From Dehalococcoidia bacterium (GTDB taxonomy: Bacteria; Chloroflexota; Dehalococcoidia; UBA2979), in assembly GCA_050248355.1 (NCBI GenBank), contig JBFWSN010000004.1, forward strand, positions 196,569 to 260,568: a stretch of 64,000 bases of DNA, in the 5' to 3' direction. Positions 8,813-18,430 of the stretch are shown here, one piece after another. Position numbers and translations under genes: made by a program. The notes below the pieces were generated by a model. The model did no database searches, had not been told where the DNA came from, and saw only the letters and a program-made list of their open reading frames with translations. Each line of letters starts with the position of its first letter. Positions within the stretch are counted from its first letter, which is position 1.

Positions 8813-9121
8813 ATGTTGTTCCAGGTGACGCATGTCCACACGAGTGACCAGTGTCCCGGCGCTGATGACGAGCTCGGAGCGAGCATGGGCCAGTGGTGGG
8901 CGGGGCTGAAGGACACGCCGGGTATCACGGTGCTGGCCGGGTATGTCTCGCCGATGGACCACACGCTGTACATCACGGTGGAGGCGGACGAGATCGGGCC
9001 GCTGCTGCGGGGCCTCGGACCGCTGAACGCGATCGGGAGCGGGTACACCACGCCGATCATCTCGCTCGACCAGGCGATGCCGCTGGTCGACGAGGGCGTG
9101 TTCCAGCTGCCGGAGGAGTAG
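8813..9121 (+). CDS. Small hypothetical protein (dimeric alpha-beta barrel/DUF3303-like)
   Basis: AAGGAGGAG RBS; MLFQVTHVHTSDQCP, HTLYITVEAD. Confidence 0.7.
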   Translation: MLFQVTHVHTSDQCPGADDELGASMGQWWAGLKDTPGITVLAGYVSPMDHTLYITVEADEIGPLLRGLGPLNAIGSGYTTPIISLDQAMPLVDEGVFQLPEE

Positions 9122-9219
9122 CGGGCAGCAGGGGTCCCGTCGACACTCGGGGGACCGAGCGAGGCGCTCGGGTGGGGTGACCGCTCGGGCGCCTCGATGT
9201 TTCCAGGGGAGGTGCGCGA

Positions 9220-9618
9220 GTGGACGAGTTCGATGCGGAGGGGTTCGCGCGGGCCTGGGTGCGGGACTGGAATGCGCGGGACCTCGAGGCGGTGGTGGGG
9301 CACTTCACGGAGGACGCGCAGTTCTTCAGCCCACGGGCGGAGGAAGTGACGGGGAGCCCAGTGGTGCAGGGCCGGGAGGCGCTGCGGGCGTACTGGCAGG
9401 CGGGCACGGGGCACCTCGACCGGTTGCAGTTCACGCTGGACCACGTGGTGTGGGACGGGGTAGAGCGGCTGGCGATCGTCTACAACAGCGAGGTGGGGGA
9501 GCGTCGGCGGCGGGCGGTGGAGCTGCTCGTGATCGATGTTGCCTCGGGGCGGGCGCGGTACGGCGAGGCGATGTACGGGGCGGAGCTGCGCTCGACGGGG
9601 ATGGCGCGTCCGGGGTAG
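9220..9618 (+). CDS. SnoaL/NTF2-like protein
   Basis: WVRDWNARDLEAVVGHFTEDAQFFSP...GREALRAYW. Confidence 0.85.
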   Translation: MDEFDAEGFARAWVRDWNARDLEAVVGHFTEDAQFFSPRAEEVTGSPVVQGREALRAYWQAGTGHLDRLQFTLDHVVWDGVERLAIVYNSEVGERRRRAVELLVIDVASGRARYGEAMYGAELRSTGMARPG

Positions 9619-9649
9619 CACTCCGGGGGGCGGCCTGGGAGTGCCGGGG

Positions 9650-10003
9650 TTACCTCGACGGCGGACTCGAGCGGCCGCGCCTCAGCTGGAGGAGCGCGTA
9701 GACGAGCAGGCCGGTCGACAGGCCGATGCCGATCCAGAGTGGCTGGCCGGTGGCGGCGAAGAGGGAGACCCCGGCGGCCATGCCGGCGGCGACGGGGAGA
9801 CCTCGACTGAGGCGGCTTTCGTCGCGGCCGCGAGGGGCATGGCCATCGCCGAGGATGCCTGCGGCGAGCCAGAAGGTGACGGCGATTGCCGCGCCCATGC
9901 CGACCCAGAACGCCTCGCCGCTGATGATCGCGGCGAGGAGGCCGAGGAGCGCGCCGGCGATGGCAGCGGCAACGACTGAGGCGATCGGGTGTGTATGAGC
10001 CAT
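9650..10003 (-). CDS. Small 4-TM membrane protein
   Basis: Four hydrophobic segments with an internal repeat (FWVGMG/LWIGIG). Confidence 0.6.
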   Translation of the reverse strand: MAHTHPIASVVAAAIAGALLGLLAAIISGEAFWVGMGAAIAVTFWLAAGILGDGHAPRGRDESRLSRGLPVAAGMAAGVSLFAATGQPLWIGIGLSTGLLVYALLQLRRGRSSPPSR

Positions 10004-10095
10004 GTCTCCACGCTGGATCCTCGGACGTTGCGCGCGCACAACAGGGCGGCGCGGGATATCACGGCAACGGAACGGCGCGGGCGATGCCTCTACAG

Positions 10096-11553
10096 CTATT
10101 TCGAGGGGGTCTGATTCGACTCGGTGCTCTTGATGTCGAGCTTGAGGCGGGTGGTCGCGTCCTCGAGGCGTTTCAGGAGGAGGGTGGGAGACAGGCCGAA
10201 GATGGCGGCCAGGACGATGGCGATGGGGTAGGTCTCGAAGTCGAAGACGGACTCGAGGCGGACATCGTTGGCTGAGCCATCGAGCGCCTCGGGAGCGGGC
10301 GTGGTGGCGGTGGGTACGGCTGTGGGGATGGGGGCGGCAGCCACGGGCGAGGCGGTGGCCGCGGGCTGGTTCGAAGCGGCCGCGCCGACCGGCACGAGGT
10401 CCGAGTTGTTGATGGCGGCGATGCCGTACACGGTGACGACGACGCCGAGGAGGGCGGCCACGCCCGAGGCGACGACGGTCTGTGCGACGCGCGCCATATA
10501 GAGGCCGTAGTCCTCGACGTCCGAGCCGACCTCGGACTGGATGAGGAGGCGGGCGAAGACGCCGACGGCGGCGCCGACGGCGAAGAGGATGGCGGCGTAG
10601 AGCAGCGTGTCGTGCTTGATGTCGAAGAGTAGCGTCCAGACGAGGACTACGTAGAGGATGGCGCCGGTGGCGGCAGTGGAGGCGCGGGCGCGGTCGCGCT
10701 GGTGGATGAGGCCCTCGAAGGTGCGGTCGCGGAAGGCGTCGAGGGCCATGCGGACGGAGCGAACGCGGAAGCGATTCTCCTCGGAGGGCGTGGGGTCGGC
10801 AGGTGCGGCAGCGGACGGCGCCGCGGCGGGGGTTGCGGCGATGGTGCCCTTCGGACGGGCGAAGAAGGTGGCCGGGTCGAGACCGAGGTCGGCGACGCTG
10901 CGCTCCAGGTTGTACTGGAGGGTGTCGGCGCCGGGGACATGGGAGTCAGTAAGGGCGAGGTAGTCCTCGTGGATGGCGGCGAGGAGCTCGGCGCGATCGT
11001 AGAGCAGGAGGAGGTCGGCCTGAATGGCGTGGACGCGCTTGTAGCACTCGTTGTAGCCAGCGCTGCGCAGCCAGTCGACCCGGCCGCTGAGGGCGACGGC
11101 GTTCTCGGGAGCGCCCGGGTCTTCCACGCCGAGCACGGCGCGGACGGAGCGGAGCTGGTCGCGTATTCGGGCGATGAGGGCGCGGTCGGCCTCGGAGGTG
11201 CGGTGGACTTCGACGCGGGCGAGGGCGTCCTCGGTCTCGGCGCAGTGGTTGAGGAGGTTGAGGTAGGCGCGGGGAGTGGCGGTCTCGGGGTTGCCGCGGG
11301 TGGCGAGGAGGATGGAGCTGCCGAGCCACGCGAGGGCGATGGCAGCGGCGGCGAGGAGTAGGGCGCGACCGCTGCCGACGGCCTGCTGGTCGAAGGCGAG
11401 GTATGCGCCGACGGCGACGAGAGCGGCGAGGAGGATGACGACGGGGGCAATCATGCCAGCGGCGGCTGTGAAGCGCGTGAGCGCGCGCCCGAAGTCGGGA
11501 CGGTCGCGGGAAGCGGCGTCGGCTGGTGCGGCACGGTCGGCGAGGTGGGTCAC
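10096..11553 (-). CDS. Multi-pass membrane protein of unknown function
   Basis: GAGGAG RBS before GTG 11553. Two N-terminal TMs, a soluble helical middle, about four C-terminal TMs and Ala/Pro linkers. Confidence 0.75.
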   Translation of the reverse strand: MTHLADRAAPADAASRDRPDFGRALTRFTAAAGMIAPVVILLAALVAVGAYLAFDQQAVGSGRALLLAAAAIALAWLGSSILLATRGNPETATPRAYLNLLNHCAETEDALARVEVHRTSEADRALIARIRDQLRSVRAVLGVEDPGAPENAVALSGRVDWLRSAGYNECYKRVHAIQADLLLLYDRAELLAAIHEDYLALTDSHVPGADTLQYNLERSVADLGLDPATFFARPKGTIAATPAAAPSAAAPADPTPSEENRFRVRSVRMALDAFRDRTFEGLIHQRDRARASTAATGAILYVVLVWTLLFDIKHDTLLYAAILFAVGAAVGVFARLLIQSEVGSDVEDYGLYMARVAQTVVASGVAALLGVVVTVYGIAAINNSDLVPVGAAASNQPAATASPVAAAPIPTAVPTATTPAPEALDGSANDVRLESVFDFETYPIAIVLAAIFGLSPTLLLKRLEDATTRLKLDIKSTESNQTPSK

Positions 11554-11672
11554 GGCGCTCCTCGGGCGGCATCGTAGAGGGCCAGGGAGGTTTCTACAAA
11601 CATGGGAGTGGCGGGCCGCCCGCGGCCCCGCGTTGGCGCGTGCATAATCGTGCGGGCGGGAGGGGAGTGGCG

Positions 11673-12293
11673 ATGATCTGGCGTCGATGGTGGGCGGGGG
11701 CGGCGTTGTCATTACTCGTCGGATGCGGTGGCGGATCGCCGTCAACGGATGCGTCGCCGTCGACCGCTTCGAGCGGGGTCAGTGCGACCGCGACCAGCGT
11801 CGCGATCGGGCCGGCCGGTCTCATTTCGCCCTCGGCGAATGCGGGTGCAAGCGGAACCGCTACCGCGCCAGCCGCGACGCTCACGGCGACCGCAACTCGG
11901 ACGCCGCGTCCGACGCCAACGACCGATCCGACGGCACCCCGGCAACCGGCTCTGGCGCCGCTGTTGGAGGCGCTGAACACGCGCGACTACGCGACGATCG
12001 CGGCCCGCATGGCGCCGGTGGTGAGCTTCACGATTGAGTCGACCGGGTGCTGCGTGCCCGGGACTCCGGACTCGGTCGTCGGAAACCTGAGCTGGCTCAA
12101 CCAGGGGACGCCGCCGTGGAGCTTCGACCAGAGCCATCCGCGGGTGGTCTCGATCAAGAGCCGTTACGCCTCGACGCACGGTGGTTCGATGATGGCGTTT
12201 TCGACGAACGGGATCATCGCCGCGTTCTGGTTTGACGAGGCGGGGCGAATCGAGGCGATCCGGGCGGCGAACGGACGACTGTTCGACCCTTGA
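11673..12293 (+). CDS. Putative lipoprotein
   Basis: Signal peptide with lipobox LLVGC, long Ser/Thr/Pro/Ala linker, small C-terminal domain. Confidence 0.7.
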   Translation: MIWRRWWAGAALSLLVGCGGGSPSTDASPSTASSGVSATATSVAIGPAGLISPSANAGASGTATAPAATLTATATRTPRPTPTTDPTAPRQPALAPLLEALNTRDYATIAARMAPVVSFTIESTGCCVPGTPDSVVGNLSWLNQGTPPWSFDQSHPRVVSIKSRYASTHGGSMMAFSTNGIIAAFWFDEAGRIEAIRAANGRLFDP

Positions 12294-12363
12294 GGTAACG
12301 GCGGTGCAATCCCGGGGTCGGGGGGGCAGCTCGCCCCCCCAAGTCCGGTGCGGGCCGCCTCGA

Positions 12364-13158
12364 TCAGGGGATGTCTTGGAGCCAGTAGCGGATCTTGTGG
12401 TCGAAGACGATGTTGCCGGTGTACTCGGCGGGCTGCTTCGCGATCCAGGTCGCGGCTTTGCCCATCCAGTCGGCGCTGCCGAAGTCGAGGCGCGGGTTGT
12501 TGGGGTCGTTGCGGGCGAAGATGTTGCCGGGCGTCTCGATGACATAAGCGAGCGAAAGGACGTTGGCGGCGATGCGGTCCTTCTGGAGGTCCTGGGCGAG
12601 GCTCTGCGTGAAGCGCTCAAGGCCAGCCTTGACCATGCCGTAGAAGAGGCCGCCGGTGCTGGGGTCCTCGTAGGGCCCGGGGCCGGGGAAGATCGCGACG
12701 CCCGAGGAGATATTGATGATGTGGCCTCCGCCGGCGGCGCGGAGGTGGGGGACGGCGGCCTTGCACATGAGGACGGGGCCGCGGAGGTCGACCTGCCACA
12801 TCAGGTCGAGGTGGCGGTCCTCGACGCTCTCGATGTCGCCGGGGACGAGGATGGCGGCGTTGTTGACGACGATGTCGACGCGGCCGAACTCCTTCACGGT
12901 GGTGTCGACGCAGGCGTAGATGCTGTCGGGGTCGCGGAGGTTGGTGACGAGGGGGAAGGCTTTGCCGCCCTCGGCCTCGATGGCGGCGGCGACGGAGTGG
13001 ATGGTGCCGGGGAGGCGGGGGTCGGAGACCTCCTCGGTGCGTGCGGCGACGACGACGGTGGCGCCGTTGCGGGCGAAGGAGCGGGCGATGGCCTCGCCGA
13101 TGCCGCGGCTAGAGCCGGTGACGATTGCGACTTTGCCCTCGAGTGGTTTGTCTGCCAC
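12364..13158 (-). CDS. SDR family oxidoreductase
   Basis: TGSSRGIG, VNNAA, INISS, YGMVK. Confidence 0.92.
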   Translation of the reverse strand: MADKPLEGKVAIVTGSSRGIGEAIARSFARNGATVVVAARTEEVSDPRLPGTIHSVAAAIEAEGGKAFPLVTNLRDPDSIYACVDTTVKEFGRVDIVVNNAAILVPGDIESVEDRHLDLMWQVDLRGPVLMCKAAVPHLRAAGGGHIINISSGVAIFPGPGPYEDPSTGGLFYGMVKAGLERFTQSLAQDLQKDRIAANVLSLAYVIETPGNIFARNDPNNPRLDFGSADWMGKAATWIAKQPAEYTGNIVFDHKIRYWLQDIP

Positions 13159-13281
13159 GGATGTACCTCCTCGTGCGCTTGAACCTCGGAGGGATGCATA
13201 TCACGGACGGGGTTGGAGGCGCTACGAGGGGCGCCGCGCAGCGATAGCGTCTCGGCACTCGGGGTGGTAGGTTGAGGCCAA

Positions 13282-13377
13282 CTGAGGGGGAGTAGTCCAC
13301 CTCGCGACCGTCGACATGCTCCCTCCGGTGGAGGGCGGCGGCGCGGCCCCGGCTGCCGGGGCGGACGAGACTCTCGG
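13282..13377 (+). ncRNA. yybP-ykoY (Mn2+) riboswitch
   Basis: GGGGAGTAG...CGTCGACA...GGACGAGAC signature with closing stem TGAGGG/CTCTCG, upstream of a UPF0016 gene. Confidence 0.8.
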
Positions 13378-13483
13378 CCCGATGCCACGCAGGTGCTGCG
13401 CGGAAGGGCCGAGGCGTCTGTTTACCCCGTGTAGGGCAGCTCCCGGCACTCCGACGCAGCACTCCAGACCGATTGGAGTGTGC

Positions 13484-14053
13484 ATGTCCTCATTCCTGTT
13501 GTCCGCGTTCTTGATCTTCGTCGCCGAGCTCGGCGACAAGTCGCAACTCGTGGCCCTGTGGTTCTCGACGCGCTACCGATGGTGGACGGTGATCGCGGGG
13601 GTCGCCACCGCGACGCTCGTGGTCCATCTCGGATCCGTGGGGGCGGGCCGGGCGCTCGACGGTCTGGTGGCGGAGGTGTGGCTGCGACTGGCAGTGGGCG
13701 CGTCCTTCCTGGGATTCGCCTGGTGGAGCCTGCGGGGCGATGTGATGGATGAGTCCGACACGCGTCGCCGGGGTTTGCCGCTGCTCGGCACGTTCGGGGT
13801 GGTGGCCGCAGCGTTCTTCCTCTCGGAAATTGGCGACAAGACGCAGCTTGCCACGGTCTCACTGGCGGGGCGGGACGCGGGCTGGACCGGGGTGTGGCTG
13901 GGTTCCACTGTTGGGATGGTGCTTGCGGACGCGCTGGCGATCGGCGTGGGCCTTGTCCTCGGCAAACAGCTGCCGCCACGCCGCGTGGCGCAGGCGGCGG
14001 CGGTGCTGTTCGTGGCGTTCGGCCTGGTGACCATGGCGAGCGCGCTTCTGTAG
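13484..14053 (+). CDS. TMEM165/GDT1 (UPF0016) Mn2+/Ca2+ exporter
   Basis: Two E-x-G-D-K-[ST]-Q motifs (AELGDKSQL, SEIGDKTQL). Confidence 0.93.
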   Translation: MSSFLLSAFLIFVAELGDKSQLVALWFSTRYRWWTVIAGVATATLVVHLGSVGAGRALDGLVAEVWLRLAVGASFLGFAWWSLRGDVMDESDTRRRGLPLLGTFGVVAAAFFLSEIGDKTQLATVSLAGRDAGWTGVWLGSTVGMVLADALAIGVGLVLGKQLPPRRVAQAAAVLFVAFGLVTMASALL

Positions 14054-14226
14054 CCGATGGCCGGGACTTCGAGAGGTAGTTACCGCGCGGCGCTGCGCCG
14101 GTATCTGGAGATCGCGCTCGTGCCGGGCGGCGACGTGCCGATCTACTCGATGGGGATCGCAGAGCGACCCTCGGGGAGGCAGGCGACGCGTCCCTCAGCT
14201 GAAGCGGGACTGGTACCTCGTCGGCC

Positions 14227-14643
14227 TTACGCCTCGGCGGCGCGCTTGAAGCCCTCGTTCTCCTTCTTGATGGCGTTGTGGATGGGGCCGCGGAGCAGTA
14301 GTCCGAGGACGGGGGCGAGGGGGCCCTCGATGTCGACGGTGAGGCGATTGGTGGTGCCGGCCGCGGTCTCGGTGAGGTGGTGGCCGCCGGTCATACGGTT
14401 CCCCATGAGCTTCGTCGCCCAGGCGAAGCGGCGGCGGGGCTCGAGGGTGGTGACGGTCCAGACCTTCGTGCCCTGGGCGGGCTGCTTGATGCGGGCCTGC
14501 GAGCCGATGGCCATGGGGCCGGCGTCGAGGCGTTCGACGCGGGTGATGGTGGGGGTGAGCTGCGGCCAGTGCTCGACATCGAGGGTGAGATCCCAGACGC
14601 GGTCGACGGGGGCGGCGATGTCGATGGTGTGTTCGATGCGCAT
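14227..14643 (-). CDS. SRPBCC/polyketide cyclase family protein
   Basis: IDIAAPVDRVW...DVEHWPQL; GAGGAGG RBS. Confidence 0.88.
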   Translation of the reverse strand: MRIEHTIDIAAPVDRVWDLTLDVEHWPQLTPTITRVERLDAGPMAIGSQARIKQPAQGTKVWTVTTLEPRRRFAWATKLMGNRMTGGHHLTETAAGTTNRLTVDIEGPLAPVLGLLLRGPIHNAIKKENEGFKRAAEA

Positions 14644-14671
14644 TGCGGTTCCTCCTCGCGCTACGGGGTTA

Positions 14672-14689
14672 GTGTACCATATGGTACAC
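14672..14689. promoter_or_regulatory. Probable TetR operator
   Basis: Perfect 18-bp palindrome GTGTACCATATGGTACAC between divergent SRPBCC and tetR genes. Confidence 0.8.
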
Positions 14690-14709
14690 GCGCGGTGAAG
14701 GGATGCGGA

Positions 14710-15237
14710 ATGGACGAAGCGCGGACGCAGTTGCTCGAGCGGATCCTGGCGGAGGTGAGCGCGAACGGGCTGGCGGACCGGAGTCTGCGCGAGCTGGCCT
14801 CGGCGATCGGGTCGAGCCACCGGATGCTGCATTACCACTTCGGGTCGCGCGCGGGCCTCGTGGCGGCAGTGGTGGAGGCGGTCGAGGGCGCGCAGCGGGC
14901 GCTGCTGAGCGAACTGGCGGGGGAGATCGACGACCCGGTGGAGCTGGCGCGGGCGCTGTGGGTGCGGACGGTCGCGCCGGAGATGCTGCCGTTCGTGCGG
15001 CTGTTCTTCGAGTGCGTGGGGCTGACGGGCGGGCAGGGACTAACGGACCCGTGGCTGGCGCTGTCCTCGGAGGTCGGCGAGCGCATCGGCGTGGCGACGG
15101 ACGAGGACGAGTTGCGGCTCGGGGTGGCGGTGACGCGGGGGCTGCTGATCGACGTGCTGGCGAGCGGGGACGCGATCGACGCGACGCGGTCGTTCGAGCG
15201 GTTCCTGGCGATGTGGGTGGCGACGCGGGAGGGATAG
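14710..15237 (+). CDS. TetR/AcrR family regulator
   Basis: SLRELASAIGSSHRMLHYHFGSRAGL HTH. Confidence 0.92.
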   Translation: MDEARTQLLERILAEVSANGLADRSLRELASAIGSSHRMLHYHFGSRAGLVAAVVEAVEGAQRALLSELAGEIDDPVELARALWVRTVAPEMLPFVRLFFECVGLTGGQGLTDPWLALSSEVGERIGVATDEDELRLGVAVTRGLLIDVLASGDAIDATRSFERFLAMWVATREG

Positions 15238-15262
15238 GGTCAAGGAGAACGGTCGGGCGGGG

Positions 15263-15298
15263 GTCCCGAAGAACTCGCACGTGCGGGTTCTTCGGGAC
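15263..15298. terminator. Long hairpin between convergent genes
   Basis: GTCCCGAAGAACTCGCAC/GTGCGGGTTCTTCGGGAC, near-perfect. Confidence 0.65.
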
Positions 15299-15311
15299 TC
15301 TCGAGGGCTGA

Positions 15312-16826
15312 CTAGGTCAGCATCACGCCACCGATGGGCGTGACGATGACGCCGAGGATGTTCGGGTTGCCGGTAGGGGCGCTGGAGTTGACCGTGACCC
15401 TGCCGCTGCTGTCGAACGACACATCGTGGGTCCAGCCGCCGCTGCCGCTCGCCTCGAAGAAGGGGAAGATGCCGGCCTCGGCGGCCGCCTTGAAGCTGGT
15501 CTGCGAAGAGGCGTCGAAGCTGGCGTTCGACGTGGTCTTGATTTCGATGCCGTCGACGACGACGAGGGCGCTGGCGGTGCGGAGCATGTTGCCGCCGGGG
15601 CCGAAGGTGTTGTCCCAGGTGGGCGGGGTGTGCTTCCAGACCACGTTGTTGTTGTTCTGGTAGGCGAGATTGAGCGCCGCCGAGCTGTACCAGGGCTGGT
15701 ACTGGGACAGGATGGGGTCCGTGCTGGGCCTCGCAAGGGGCCCGGAGCTGAACGTAACGAGGCGGGTGAAGCTGGCCTCGATCGTGAGGCCGGAGTCGAT
15801 GAGCGACATCGTGAGCTGCTCGTACTCAGACTGAGCGGCGCCGCCGAAGATGTCGAACCAGCCGCCGACCTCGGCCTTCGCCCACGTGTGGCTGATGTCG
15901 CTGGAGGCGGAGGCGGAGTTCAGCGTCACCGAGGCGCCGGGGGCGGCGGCGAGGGCGTTCTGCAGCTGGGTGATCGTGGCGTTGTACGCTTTCGTGCCTC
16001 CGGTGCCGCCTCCGGCGGCCAACCACATCTGCATGGCAACGGGGACGACGCCCTGCGACACCTGCTGGTAGGCGGTGTAGGCGGCCTGTGCCTGGTCGGG
16101 CGGCATGTGCAGGGCCGACCAGTTCTGGAAGAGGGCGAGGATCCCGCCCTGTGGGATCGTGGGGCTGGTGTTCAGGTAGCTGACCCACTGCCCGTAGTAA
16201 TCGCCCATGGCGCTCTGGAATGAGCCGGCGTTCTGCGGGTTCAGGTTGGCGATGACGGCGCCGTAGTCCGTGGAGAAGACGTTGCCCTGTGAGGGGTTGT
16301 AGAGGTTGCTGATCGAGAGCGGCGGGACGGCGTCGAAGATGTTCCAGAGAGCCTCGGAGGTGGAGCCGAGGGGGGAGTTGCCCTGGACCAGCTGGAAGGT
16401 GGCGGGGTCGAGGTGGCAGCCGGTGACGATGGCGTTGTACCACTGGGCGGTGAGGGTGGCCATCGCCTGGGCGGCCTCCGAATTGTCGTCGCCGGCTGCG
16501 AAGGCCATGGTCGACGCACGCCGGAGGACGCGGGCTGCCTCGTTCTCGAGCACCGGAGCGTGTTCGAGGGCGGCGCCGTTGTCCCAGAGGACCTGGACCA
16601 TCGACGGCGCGCCGTTGGCGATCATCCCGGCCTGTCCGTTGACGGCGAAGTTGACGGTCTGGCCGACGTTGATGGCCTGGATCTGGAGCGCCCCGCCGTT
16701 CGGCTGCCAGCCGACGTTGCCGGCGCCGTTGTATCCCTGGCCGGTGCGGTAGACATGGGCGGTGCCCTGGATCTGGTTGGCGGCGACGTTCATCACGTTC
16801 CCCGGCTGGAGGTTCTGTACTGGCAT
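15312..16826 (-). CDS. Hypothetical 504-aa protein, possible pore-forming-toxin-like fold
   Basis: Strong GC3 coding bias from MPVQNLQ. Rich in Q/N/G/S/T, with two Gly/aromatic amphipathic segments. The function is inference only. Confidence 0.85.
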   Translation of the reverse strand: MPVQNLQPGNVMNVAANQIQGTAHVYRTGQGYNGAGNVGWQPNGGALQIQAINVGQTVNFAVNGQAGMIANGAPSMVQVLWDNGAALEHAPVLENEAARVLRRASTMAFAAGDDNSEAAQAMATLTAQWYNAIVTGCHLDPATFQLVQGNSPLGSTSEALWNIFDAVPPLSISNLYNPSQGNVFSTDYGAVIANLNPQNAGSFQSAMGDYYGQWVSYLNTSPTIPQGGILALFQNWSALHMPPDQAQAAYTAYQQVSQGVVPVAMQMWLAAGGGTGGTKAYNATITQLQNALAAAPGASVTLNSASASSDISHTWAKAEVGGWFDIFGGAAQSEYEQLTMSLIDSGLTIEASFTRLVTFSSGPLARPSTDPILSQYQPWYSSAALNLAYQNNNNVVWKHTPPTWDNTFGPGGNMLRTASALVVVDGIEIKTTSNASFDASSQTSFKAAAEAGIFPFFEASGSGGWTHDVSFDSSGRVTVNSSAPTGNPNILGVIVTPIGGVMLT

Positions 16827-17136
16827 GTGAGGCGCCTTTCTGGACCCGTTCCGATGGGGTTGTGGGGAGCGCACCGATGATTCCCGCCGGTGAGACGCAT
16901 GCCTATCGGAGACAGTCCAGCCTCGATGGCGATGCGGAGGCCAGATGTGCCGAGCGCCGCTGCCGCTGCGCAGCGGGATGGTAGTGGGGCCTCGTCGGCG
17001 AACAACGACGAGCAGGCCGTCGATGGGGTGGGCGCATGGGACGATGGTCGAGATGGAGGCAGCGATCCGTTTGGCGAATCGACGACATGCGCATCGTGGG
17101 ATGTGGGGTCTGGCGGCGGTTGAGAGGGGCGCCGCG

Positions 17137-17787
17137 TCACTCCTCGAGGAGCAGGCCCTGACGGCTGGCGATGATGCCGAGCTGCACGCGATTGGCCGCC
17201 GCGGTCTTGCGGAGGAGCGCGCCGACGTGCGAGTGGACGGTGGTGCGGGCGACGCCGAGGGCGCGTCCAATCTCCTGGTCGGTCAGGCCGCGGGCGAGCA
17301 ACTGGAGGACCTCGGACTCCCGATGCGTGAGGACGGCGGAGTGAAGCTGTCGCGGCTTTCCGTTGAGGAGATCGAGGAGCAGGCCCTGGTCGAGGATGCT
17401 GGCACGAGAGCGTGCGACGAGGTGGGCGGCGTTCAGCAAAAAGGGGCCCGAGAGGCGCGTCTTGACGAGGATGGCCTGAGCCCCGGCATCCGCGGCGCGC
17501 AGCAGGAGCTCACGCTCGGGGTGGCTCGTGAGGAGGAGCAGCGCGGCCCCGGGGTGGGCGGCGCGCACAGCGCGAAGCTGAGCCAGATCCGGGTCGCCGC
17601 CGGTGTCGGAGTCGACGATGGCGATGTCGATGTCAGCTTTGAGCCTCGTCGCGCCCAGTGTGTCGGCGGATGGCAGGTCCGCGACAACGGTGAAGCGTGC
17701 GTCCGTCTGGAATGAGGCACGACAACCGGATCGGAAGATCTCGTTCGGGTCGATGATGAGAACCGCAAGGCGGCGCGCGACCGTCAT
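17137..17787 (-). CDS. NarL/LuxR family response regulator
   Basis: REC-like N-terminus (LIIDP...IVDSD...LLT...VK) and LTHRESEVLQLLARGLTDQEIG..L...RTTVHSHV HTH; GAAGGAAGG RBS. Confidence 0.9.
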   Translation of the reverse strand: MTVARRLAVLIIDPNEIFRSGCRASFQTDARFTVVADLPSADTLGATRLKADIDIAIVDSDTGGDPDLAQLRAVRAAHPGAALLLLTSHPERELLLRAADAGAQAILVKTRLSGPFLLNAAHLVARSRASILDQGLLLDLLNGKPRQLHSAVLTHRESEVLQLLARGLTDQEIGRALGVARTTVHSHVGALLRKTAAANRVQLGIIASRQGLLLEE

Positions 17788-18142
17788 CAGGGCCTTCCTT
17801 CATGGCGCCTCCAGGCAGGGAGCGGCGGGGACGGGGGAGCAGCGGCCGACGTCCCCGTCGGCCGCCGGCGTGGATGCCATGGATTGAGACGACGATGTCG
17901 TCCTCGCGGGCGACTCGCGGCGCGCGGTACGGTGCCCACTTGCGAGTGAAGCGCACCCGCCACCGTCGCGGACCGTGTAAGAGACTAACGCATCGCGAGG
18001 CGTCTGATGCGCGAGCGGACCGGGACGGACGATGCAGGCAGTGTCAGATCGGCGCTCAGCGTGACCGGCTCGCGTCGAGGCCGCGGCGTGACGGCATTCC
18101 CGGGCTCGAGGAACGCGCGTCAATCCGGGCCGACGGGATCGG

Positions 18143-18430
18143 TCAGACGCCCAGGAACGGGTCCGGCGGGAGTACGTCCCAGTGGTGGGCGCAGGCGCGG
18201 CAGCGAAGCGTGACGATAGGGTCGCGCTCCGGACGGGGAGCGGCGACTGCCTCGGGCGTCCCGACGCCGCAGCGTGGGCAGTGTGGCGTGAGGAGACGAG
18301 CCGCGGCGTGGAGGAGGCCTGCTCGACACGCGGCAACGACGGCGCGAGGCGCGTCCGGCAATGCGGCGACGCTGGCAACCCGGCCCCGCGCGGCGGTGCC
18401 ATCGGGCGGCCGGTCGGCGAACTCCATCAT
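18143..18430 (-). CDS. Small putative zinc-ribbon protein
   Basis: CPRCG...LRCRACAHHW; GAGGGG RBS. Confidence 0.5.
   Translation of the reverse strand: MMEFADRPPDGTAARGRVASVAALPDAPRAVVAACRAGLLHAAARLLTPHCPRCGVGTPEAVAAPRPERDPIVTLRCRACAHHWDVLPPDPFLGV

Noticed and set aside
12320-12340. G7C/GC7 hairpin as a REP family
   Set aside because: Single copy in the window, between convergent genes; probably just a terminator-like stem.
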